The notes under the pieces were generated by a model. That model saw only the letters and a list, made by a program, of their open reading frames with translations. It ran no database searches and had not been told where the DNA came from. Below are positions 18,180 through 24,393 of a DNA stretch of 64,000 nt, in pieces. The stretch comes from a virus: the IMG/VR virus record IMGVR_UViG_3300032157_000006, positions 1 to 64,000 of that record; one strand, 5' to 3'. A program made the translations under genes and the position numbers. How positions within the stretch are numbered: the first letter of the stretch is position 1; each line of letters starts with the position of its first letter.

Positions 18180-18676
18180 TGGATCTCGAACTGCGTCTTG
18201 AGCGTGAAATTCCCGACGGCGATAACGACACGATCGGGTTGCTCTACCAGGAGCCTGCTCACGAGCTGCTGTGCTACATGCTCGAGGATCCGGTGCGCCA
18301 GCCAGCCGACTGGGTGTTTTCGGGGAACGTGAAGGATCCGCTACCGTGGAAGATCCCCGGAAGCACGGCAATACCTGGCGGCCGGTTCGAGATCATCATC
18401 ACACGATCAAAACGCCTGTCGGACCGCGCCGGCCACGACGTACTCACCCCGATGCTTTGCAAGGTGCCTGGATTCGACGGCATCAGGATCCACAAGGGGA
18501 ACAAGCCCGAGGACACCGAGGGGTGCCTGCTGCCCGGCATGAAGGTCGACGCCGATCGCGACATGGTGCTTTCGTCCGGTGTCGCCTACGACATCCTGTT
18601 CGACAAGATCAGGGCTGCGCGCGAAGCGGGTGACCGCGTGTGGATCACCATCGTCAACCCGTCAAAAGGAGATTGA
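18179..18676 (+). CDS. DUF5675-like protein (L,D-transpeptidase-like HxGN...GC motif)
   Basis: Only the last 165 aa of track ORF 16436..18676 are protein-like (MDLELRLEREIPDGDNDTIGLLY...IRIHKGNKPEDTEGCLLPG...). ATG 18179 overlaps the giant gene's TGA. Family assignment is from memory of the DUF5675 pattern. Confidence 0.6.
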   Translation: MDLELRLEREIPDGDNDTIGLLYQEPAHELLCYMLEDPVRQPADWVFSGNVKDPLPWKIPGSTAIPGGRFEIIITRSKRLSDRAGHDVLTPMLCKVPGFDGIRIHKGNKPEDTEGCLLPGMKVDADRDMVLSSGVAYDILFDKIRAAREAGDRVWITIVNPSKGD

Positions 18677-18677
18677 A

Positions 18678-19067
18678 ATGAAAAAGGCAATCGCACTGAT
18701 CGCATTCATGTGCCTGACCGGCTTCGGTTCGATCGGCGGCTGCGGCACGGCGCCGGTATCCCAGGAAACCGCCGAGCAGGCCGTATTCACCGTCAAGGCC
18801 ACCTACGCGACCGCGCTGAAGGTCGCCGTCACCTACAAGCGCCTGCCGCGCTGCGGATCGCCCGGCGCCCTGTCGCTTTGCTCGGAGCCGGCCGTCATCG
18901 CCAAGCTCCAGACCGCCGACAACGCCGCGTTCGCCGCGATCAAGGCGATGGACGATACGGTCAAGTCCAAGGGGTTCGCCGACAACGCCGTCAGCCAGGC
19001 CATCATCTCGGCCAAGGGGGCGATCGCCGGATTCGTCGGGGTCACCTCGACATTGATCGTCAACTAG
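18678..19067 (+). CDS. putative lipoprotein
   Basis: MKKAIALIAFMCLTGFGSIGG|CGTAP: signal peptide plus lipobox-like SIGGC. ATG lies 1 nt after the upstream stop; GGAG at 18668-18671 lies 6 nt upstream of the ATG. Confidence 0.7.
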   Translation: MKKAIALIAFMCLTGFGSIGGCGTAPVSQETAEQAVFTVKATYATALKVAVTYKRLPRCGSPGALSLCSEPAVIAKLQTADNAAFAAIKAMDDTVKSKGFADNAVSQAIISAKGAIAGFVGVTSTLIVN

Positions 19068-19077
19068 GGAGACAACC

Positions 19078-19293
19078 ATGGGAATCATCGAAATCGCAAC
19101 GCTCGCCTTCAAGGTCATCGAGTACGCCAACGAGGCGGCGAAGGCAGGCAAGGACCTGGTGGAGTTCACCGGGACCGCCAAGGAGATGTTCGACAAGATG
19201 CGCGCCGAGGGCCGTGGCCCGACGCCGGAAGAAACCGCCATGATCGACGCGAAGATCGCCGAGCTGCGCTCGGAACTACACGCTCCGGACTAG
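19078..19293 (+). CDS. small hypothetical protein (71 aa, helical/charged)
   Basis: ATG preceded by AGGGAGA. GC3-rich. Its stop TAG shares the palindrome CTAG with the stop of the convergent gene. Confidence 0.6.
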   Translation: MGIIEIATLAFKVIEYANEAAKAGKDLVEFTGTAKEMFDKMRAEGRGPTPEETAMIDAKIAELRSELHAPD

Positions 19294-19544
19294 CCGGCCG
19301 CCTTGGCAGGGCCCTTGAAGATGACCTTCATGGGCACCTGCCCGTTGAACCCGCGGCGGAACAGGGTGTACTCGGCGAGCCCGCGCTGGACGAGCGCCTG
19401 TATCGTCACCCTGCTGTAGTACGGCTTGGAGTTGATCGACCAGTCCGGGTGAGCCCAGGATCCGTCGTCCAGCTTCTCCATCGGGTGCTCGCGCAGGGCG
19501 TTGAGCGCCGCAACCATCTTTTTGGTCAGCGCGTCGTTCTTCAC
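19290..19544 (-). CDS. small hypothetical protein, possible winged-helix
   Basis: Protein-like part begins VKNDALTKKMVAALNALREHP... GTG 19544-19542 forms a GTGA overlap with the upstream stop; the track's longer N-terminus is Arg-rich junk. Alternative ATG at 19517. Confidence 0.55.
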   Translation of the reverse strand: MKNDALTKKMVAALNALREHPMEKLDDGSWAHPDWSINSKPYYSRVTIQALVQRGLAEYTLFRRGFNGQVPMKVIFKGPAKAAG

Positions 19545-20197
19545 CTGATCTCCAGTATCTCGGCGCTGGTGATGAACCCGGCGCGCAGCGCGTCGGTGCC
19601 TTTGATCGTGGCGCAGTCGGCCACCTTGCGCGCCTCGTGCCCTGCGCACTGGAACACCGCTACGCCGTCCTGGCGCACAAGGCGCAGGTCGTATAGGTAG
19701 AGCATGCCGCGCGGATCATCGTTGCCAAGGCCGCGCTCGAGAAGGGCTGCGTCCTTCACCCGCGGGCGCATCCAGTTGAACATCTCCCCGCGCCATCGGT
19801 TCGCCACCGACCCTTGCATATCGCGCGCCCACCCGCCAGAGAAGGTCGGGGTGTGGATGGCGAGGTAGGTACGGCCTGGGTCGGCGCCATTGGCGAACAC
19901 GCGCTCCACGCCGCCTAGGAACGCGATCACGCAGGCGGAGCTGCACTGGCCTGACACGGCCGTCTTGAACCGGCGCTCCGTGAATAGCTCGCCCAGGCGC
20001 ATTGCGGTCCAGATGTCACCGCCCGAGGAGGTGAGGACCACGGTGTCGATTCTCGGGTTTGCAGGCAGGACATCTCGCATCCTGGCCAGCTCGCTACCGT
20101 CGATGCCTCCGGTCAGGTACATGAGGTTGCCTGCTACGCGCACGTCCATCGCCGCGGCGCCGGTAGCGAACAATAGAAGAAGCGTGAGCGCCCTCAC
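19541..20197 (-). CDS. secreted ClpP/NfeD-fold protein (COG3904-like periplasmic protein)
   Basis: GTG 20197 (GTGA overlap with the upstream small ORF) gives a signal peptide (M)RALTLLLLFATGAAA|MDV. Core TVVLTSSGGDIWTAMRLGELF...CSSACVIAFLGG matches the ClpP-fold SxGG...SAC pattern of COG3904-type proteins. Confidence 0.65.
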   Translation of the reverse strand: MRALTLLLLFATGAAAMDVRVAGNLMYLTGGIDGSELARMRDVLPANPRIDTVVLTSSGGDIWTAMRLGELFTERRFKTAVSGQCSSACVIAFLGGVERVFANGADPGRTYLAIHTPTFSGGWARDMQGSVANRWRGEMFNWMRPRVKDAALLERGLGNDDPRGMLYLYDLRLVRQDGVAVFQCAGHEARKVADCATIKGTDALRAGFITSAEILEIR

Positions 20198-20292
20198 ATT
20201 TCGTCCTCTATAGGCTCGATGAAGTCCTTCAGCACATACCATACCCTATGCGCGGATCCGCCCCAGTACGGGTATTCGACAAAATATGTCAT
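20194..20292 (-). CDS. possible very small ORF (32 aa, MTYFVEYPYWGGSAHRVWYVLKDFIEPIEDEM)
   Basis: Fills the gap between two genes. Its stop is coupled (GTGA) to the next start. Local GC is lower and the start is uncertain. Confidence 0.3.
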   Translation of the reverse strand: MTYFVEYPYWGGSAHRVWYVLKDFIEPIEDEM

Positions 20293-20321
20293 CCATCGAA
20301 AACCATCTCCGTAGTCGATTA

Positions 20322-20780
20322 TCACCGCTGCAACGACTCCAGCTCGTTGCGCATCCGCGTAATCCGCTCGACCACGTTCGCATTCCATGATCGCGCCGCC
20401 GGGTGGGGACCGATGATGAGGTTGAACGGAGGGTAGGTGTGTTCCTGGTCCGCGCAAATCTTCATCATGGCCTCGGATGCGACCTTTCCGAAGGCGAGCA
20501 CGACATCCGGTGCCAACTCGATGATAGCGGTCCGGATGTGCGGGATGTCTGCCGGGAACTTGGATGATGACTCGCCACCGATCTTTGGGGACGCTTCCTC
20601 CCAAACGATCTCGCCGATGCGCTCGCCAAACACCTGCTTGAGCACCTTGCCAGAGCGGCACCCGGCAAAAAGAAGTCTCGCGATCATATTGCGGCGCCAC
20701 TCCGGCTTGCGCTGGAGGGTGGCGCGCAGGACCTCGGGGTTTTTGACCCATTGGTTCTGCATGATTGCCAGAACCTTCAT
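20322..20780 (-). CDS. hypothetical protein, possibly uracil-DNA-glycosylase-superfamily fold
   Basis: 152 aa MKVLAIMQNQW...DVVLAFGKVA...IIGPHPAARSW. The order (beta-strand start, hhhhhG..A, C-terminal HP[AS]) resembles the UDG-superfamily layout, but the canonical motif A is absent. ATGA overlap at 20777-20780. Confidence 0.5.
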   Translation of the reverse strand: MKVLAIMQNQWVKNPEVLRATLQRKPEWRRNMIARLLFAGCRSGKVLKQVFGERIGEIVWEEASPKIGGESSSKFPADIPHIRTAIIELAPDVVLAFGKVASEAMMKICADQEHTYPPFNLIIGPHPAARSWNANVVERITRMRNELESLQR

Positions 20781-20923
20781 TTCCGCTTCCGCACCGGCCG
20801 GGCTGCTTTCTTGGCTGCGTCGACCACAGCGAGCAGCACCGGGCGTTCGGAGTTGCGCGTGACATTGGAATAGGCGCGTCTACGCAGGATGCGGGCGAAG
20901 CGGGCTAGGGGCGAGAGCTTCAT
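20777..20923 (-). CDS. small basic hypothetical protein (48 aa)
   Basis: MKLSPLARFARILRRRAYSNVTRNSERPVLLAVVDAAKKAARPVRKRK. GC3 periodicity supports this frame at 20881-20940. ATGA overlaps at both ends (20920-20923 and 20777-20780). Confidence 0.5.
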   Translation of the reverse strand: MKLSPLARFARILRRRAYSNVTRNSERPVLLAVVDAAKKAARPVRKRK

Positions 20924-21087
20924 GCGCGGCGATTTGAGACACGGCGAAGGGTTGCTGCTGCTGCCCGCCATGCACCGCGCACGGTGTTGCCGATGCCGAG
21001 AAGCTCCTCCCGGTCGGTTATGTGGAACGACAGATAGGTGCGGCCTGAATAGCCTTGGCAAACCGCCTTCGGACGGATAGCCAGCAC
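20920..21087 (-). CDS. small hypothetical protein (start uncertain: GTG 21087 or CTG 21135)
   Basis: GC3 periodicity favours this frame over 21001-21130 (…VLAIRPKAVCQGYSGRTYLSFHITDREELLGIGNTVRGAW…). Its stop overlaps the next ATG. A CTG at 21135-21133 forms a CTGA overlap with the upstream stop. Confidence 0.4.
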   Translation of the reverse strand: MLAIRPKAVCQGYSGRTYLSFHITDREELLGIGNTVRGAWRAAAATLRRVSNRRA

Positions 21088-21131
21088 ACGCTCCCTTGGC
21101 GTTTGCTTCGCCGCGTTCAGGGTAGTGGCTT

Positions 21132-21551
21132 TCAGGCGTGCGCCTCGATTTGGTGAGTGACCGGATCGGCCGCAAAACTCCACGTCAGGACGATGGAGCA
21201 GAACGCCAGTGGAGTCTTGCAGGCGAATACGACCTGATCTTCGTTTTCCTCGATGATCTTTTCCGGGTAGATCGCAACAGGGCTGTATCCCATCGCCGCT
21301 AGGCGTGCCTGCTCTACTGGCGTGAACCACGCCATCAACCCGGCCAGAGTGCGACAGGCGCAGCCTGCGTGCCAGCCATTCGGTATCTTCTTCAGCCAGT
21401 CCAAGCCGAAGGCGGCAAGCACGTCCGGTTGCAACGGTCGGGCGCTGTCATGGTCAATCCAGTGCTTCGACAAACCAGGACGCCAAGGGCCGCGCCCATC
21501 AGCGGCCTGCACGCGATAGACCTTCGCCGTGTCCAGATCAGGAGGGTTCAT
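21132..21551 (-). CDS. hypothetical protein (139 aa)
   Basis: MNPPDLDTAKVYRVQAADGRGPWRPGLSKHWIDHD... The ATG at 21551 lies 4 nt outside the IS left inverted repeat. The track's extra 18 N-terminal aa would be read from IS sequence. Confidence 0.65.
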   Translation of the reverse strand: MNPPDLDTAKVYRVQAADGRGPWRPGLSKHWIDHDSARPLQPDVLAAFGLDWLKKIPNGWHAGCACRTLAGLMAWFTPVEQARLAAMGYSPVAIYPEKIIEENEDQVVFACKTPLAFCSIVLTWSFAADPVTHQIEAHA

Positions 21552-21554
21552 TCT

Positions 21555-21578
21555 TTGGGATTTATATACATGACTCCC
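21555..21578. repeat. IS left terminal inverted repeat
   Basis: TTGGGATTTATATACATGACTCCC; exact reverse complement at 23297-23320. Confidence 0.9.
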
Positions 21579-21682
21579 TCCTTGATTATTAACGGTTTTC
21601 TCCATAGCTAAAATAGTACTTTACTCCCTTGCCGTTCTGTGCCTATAATGCAGTTGTAGGCCAACCACTTAGGAGAGAAAAC

Positions 21683-22003
21683 ATGGATATAATCCGGACA
21701 AAAAATGAACCGAAACGCGATGCAGATGGGTTTCGGCTTCGCGCTCCGAAACGAAAAGCTTGGCACATCGCCCAGGTTGTGAAGGCCGGGAATGGTTGGC
21801 TGGTGACACGCAACAGCGCCACGCTTGCCAGTACCGACTACGAGAACATTGCGCGAGAAATCGCGGACGCTTTGAACAAGAACCACGCATACCCCAAACT
21901 CGTCGCCGCGTTGCGCGGAATGCTCGCTGTCCAAACCACTAGCACCATCACTGAATTTGAGTCGAACGCCCGCGCCACCCTGAGCGAACTTGGAGAACTC
22001 TGA
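21683..22003 (+). CDS. IS passenger ORF 1, hypothetical (106 aa)
   Basis: ATG 21683 is preceded by AGGAGAG with a 5-nt spacer. MDIIRTKNEPKRDADGFRLRAPKRKAWHIAQV...HAYPKLVAALRGMLAV...ARATLSELGEL. Shares a motif with the next ORF. Confidence 0.65.
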   Translation: MDIIRTKNEPKRDADGFRLRAPKRKAWHIAQVVKAGNGWLVTRNSATLASTDYENIAREIADALNKNHAYPKLVAALRGMLAVQTTSTITEFESNARATLSELGEL

Positions 22004-22006
22004 GTC

Positions 22007-22264
22007 ATGGACCTGACGCCAAGAACAGACGACCAACTCCTGAGCCCGGCGGAGGCCGGTCAACGTGACGGACATTTTGTCTCCGCCGAGTTCGCTAGAG
22101 AGGTTGAGCGTGAAACACACAAACTGCCAACCCTGATTGCGGCGCTCAAGGTAATCGCCACCGCGCGCACAAAGCATCTGCGCTCGTTTCAGATGCAGGA
22201 GTGCATCAACGAGCAGAAGCAGCTTGCGCGCAATGCGCTCGCTGACATCGGGGAGGGTTGGTAG
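22007..22264 (+). CDS. IS passenger ORF 2, hypothetical (85 aa), paralogue-like to ORF 1
   Basis: MDLTPRTDDQLL...THKLPTLIAALKVIATART...ARNALADIGEGW. The H-x-x-P-x-L-[VI]-AAL ... AR-x-x-L-x-[ED]-[LI]-GE pattern is shared with 21683..22003. Confidence 0.6.
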   Translation: MDLTPRTDDQLLSPAEAGQRDGHFVSAEFAREVERETHKLPTLIAALKVIATARTKHLRSFQMQECINEQKQLARNALADIGEGW

Positions 22265-22267
22265 ATC

Positions 22268-23188
22268 ATGGACGACCACACCACCATCAGCACGTTCCAG
22301 CTTTTCAAGATGTTCCCCGACAACGACTCGGCCCGCGTCTACCTCGAGGCGCGGCTGTGGCCCTCCGGCCCGCGCTGCCCGGTATGCGCTGGCCTTGACC
22401 GCATCACCACGCGGAAGGACGGTTACTACCGCTGCAACAAGTGCGCGGAGGACTTCACCGTCCGCACTGGCACGGTCATGGAGCGCAGCCACGTCCCTCT
22501 GCACAAGTGGCTCTATGCCATGTACCTGCTCGTCACGGCCCGCAAGGGCATCAGCAGCCTGCAACTGTCGAAGGAAATCGGCATCACGCAAAAGTCGGCA
22601 TGGTTCGTCCTCGGACGGCTGCGCGAGGCTTGCGGCTCTGACTTCAAGAGCCTGTCTGGCATCATCGAAGTGGACGAAACCTACATCGGCGGGAAAGAGT
22701 CCGCGAAACACGCCAGCAAGCGGCTCAAGCAAGGGCGCGGCGCTGTGGGAAAGTCCGCCGTCCTCGGGATGCGTGAGCGCGGCGGTCGCACCGTCGCCAT
22801 GCCTCTGGAGGACGTTAATACGGCCAACCTGCATCGCGCGATCCACACCCACGTAGAACCCGGCAGCATGATCCACAGCGACGAACACGCGGGCTACCGT
22901 GGCCTTGGCGGGCTGTTCTTTGGGCGCGAGACGGTCAACCACAGCGCAGGCGAATACGTCCGCGATGGCGTCCACACGAACAGCATCGAATCCGTGTGGG
23001 CGGTCCTGAAGCGCGGGCTGCACGGCGTCTACCACCACGCCAGCGACAAGCACCTTGGCCGCTACGTCAACGAGTTCACCTTCCGGCTGAACGAGGGCAA
23101 CGTGAAGCGCCACACCTTCCAGCGGTTGAATAGCCTGATCGCCGCCACGGCCAAGCGCCGCATCACGTACAAGGAACTGACCGCATGA
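22268..23188 (+). CDS. IS1595-family (ISXO2-like) DDE transposase
   Basis: 306 aa. N-terminal zinc ribbon CPVCAG...YRCNKC, then HTH-like KGISSLQLSKEIGITQKSAWF, then EVDETYIGG...IHSDEHAGY...NSIESVWAVLKRG, typical of Zn_Tnp_IS1595 plus DDE_Tnp_IS1595. Confidence 0.9.
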   Translation: MDDHTTISTFQLFKMFPDNDSARVYLEARLWPSGPRCPVCAGLDRITTRKDGYYRCNKCAEDFTVRTGTVMERSHVPLHKWLYAMYLLVTARKGISSLQLSKEIGITQKSAWFVLGRLREACGSDFKSLSGIIEVDETYIGGKESAKHASKRLKQGRGAVGKSAVLGMRERGGRTVAMPLEDVNTANLHRAIHTHVEPGSMIHSDEHAGYRGLGGLFFGRETVNHSAGEYVRDGVHTNSIESVWAVLKRGLHGVYHHASDKHLGRYVNEFTFRLNEGNVKRHTFQRLNSLIAATAKRRITYKELTA

Positions 23189-23313
23189 AGCCGCCCAAGG
23201 AACTGGACCGGATCGTGGACAAGGTGCTGGCGTACAAAGTGCCTGCCCGCTCGAAGAAGGCGAAGAAGCGCCAGCGCAAACGCAGAAAGGTTCAACGGGA
23301 GTCATGTATATAA
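23185..23313 (+). CDS. possible small basic ORF at the IS right end (42 aa)
   Basis: ATGA overlap with the transposase stop. MKPPKELDRIVDKVLAYKVPARSKKAKKRQRKRRKVQRESCI, running into the right IR. Too short for the ORF track. Confidence 0.3.
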   Translation: MKPPKELDRIVDKVLAYKVPARSKKAKKRQRKRRKVQRESCI

Positions 23314-23320
23314 ATCCCAA
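23297..23320. repeat. IS right terminal inverted repeat
   Basis: GGGAGTCATGTATATAAATCCCAA = reverse complement of 21555-21578. Confidence 0.9.
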
Positions 23321-23416
23321 TACGATTAACTTCCGCGTCTGTAATGGGCGTCTTTCTCAGAGCATCAATGGCGTAGCGATCTTCCATAGATGGTGTGTAA
23401 TGGTCAGATTTTTGCT

Positions 23417-24088
23417 TCACGCGAACAGCCGTTCCTGGCGCTGGGCGTTCTCGATTCGAGTGCAGGCGATGTCGAAGTATTTAGGCTCTATCTCAATGCC
23501 GATGAATGGTGAACCAAGATCGGCGCAAACAGCGCCGGTTGTTCCGCTACCCATGAAAGGGTCCAGAACTGTCGCTCCTGGCTCAATGCAACGGTCAACG
23601 AGCCATCTCCACGCGCGAAACGGCTTTGGACAAGGGTGGCCGTTATCCTCTGCCGATTCGGTCAGCACCATGCCGGTAGCCAACGCTCCCTTACCGCGAT
23701 TTTTATACCAACCATAGAAGAAAATAGGATGGCACGTCTGAAAGCCGAATTTCCCAATACGGGATGACGCCACGGCGTAGAAGCAGCCGACTTCATCAGG
23801 CTGCGGGTAGGCGCATACGCAGCGTGTGCCAGGGGTGACAGCGACAGTTTTAGCCAACTCGATGCACAGCTTGACTGCGGGCACGCATACGGTGCTGATG
23901 TATTCCGGGGTGTCTTGCCATTCGCCGCAATAATCAGCTTTTTTGTAATCTCGTAACTGACCGCCATGCCCTCCTTCCACGCCATAAGGCGGGTCGGTAA
24001 TCACGGCGTCCACTGGTCCGAGCGTCGGCAGTACCTCCAGGCAGTCGCCTAGGTACAGAGTTGCATTTCCGATGACTTCTTTTCTCAT
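23417..24088 (-). CDS. DNA methyltransferase, beta-class N6-adenine/N4-cytosine type (DPPY)
   Basis: 223 aa. Catalytic VITDPPYG is near the N-terminus and SAM motif VLDPFMGSGTTG near the C-terminus (N6_N4_Mtase order). No adjacent restriction gene. Confidence 0.9.
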   Translation of the reverse strand: MRKEVIGNATLYLGDCLEVLPTLGPVDAVITDPPYGVEGGHGGQLRDYKKADYCGEWQDTPEYISTVCVPAVKLCIELAKTVAVTPGTRCVCAYPQPDEVGCFYAVASSRIGKFGFQTCHPIFFYGWYKNRGKGALATGMVLTESAEDNGHPCPKPFRAWRWLVDRCIEPGATVLDPFMGSGTTGAVCADLGSPFIGIEIEPKYFDIACTRIENAQRQERLFA

Positions 24089-24393
24089 GGAATCTTGGCG
24101 CTGCTATCTACCGATACGCTCCACGGCTCGGAACGCAGCCACTCGCCGCAGGCCGCCTCCGTGGGAATGCCTTCGTCCCACAGTCCCTTGTCGTGGACGG
24201 CGCACCATATCTCGCTCGCGCCCAAGCCCCCGCGCTCTGCAAGTCGCAAGATGGTCTGTCCGTGATTGCGTTCTGCGCGATGGGCGAACTTCTCCATCCA
24301 GTCCCACGGCACCCACTGAGGCGCGTGAGGTTTCGGGTCCCTGTAATTCCACAGGACGGGGAACTTGTTCTCGGCGCGGCTTTCGGCTCTCAT
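24085..24393 (-). CDS. hypothetical protein (102 aa, Trp-rich)
   Basis: ATG 24393 shares 1 nt with the upstream stop; ATGA overlap with the MTase start at 24085-24088. GC3-rich. Confidence 0.65.
   Translation of the reverse strand: MRAESRAENKFPVLWNYRDPKPHAPQWVPWDWMEKFAHRAERNHGQTILRLAERGGLGASEIWCAVHDKGLWDEGIPTEAACGEWLRSEPWSVSVDSSAKIP

Larger units (their letters stand above)
21555..23320 (+). mobile_element. IS1595-family insertion sequence (about 1.77 kb) with two passenger ORFs
   Basis: Perfect 24-bp terminal inverted repeats (21555-21578 TTGGGATTTATATACATGACTCCC; reverse complement at 23297-23320) bracket an ISXO2-like DDE transposase gene. GC looks lower than in the flanks. No target-site duplication seen. 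Confidence 0.85.

Noticed and set aside
21608-23320. 570-aa minus-strand ORF across the IS element
   Set aside because: It is antisense to a textbook IS1595 transposase and two RBS-preceded passenger ORFs. Its translation is low-complexity Ala/Arg/Gly/Val.
21547-23328. Target-site duplication flanking the IS
   Set aside because: I compared 8-bp flanks for both a 22-bp and a 24-bp IR definition (TTCATTCT versus TACGATTA; CATTCTTT versus AATACGAT). No direct repeat was found, so none is reported.
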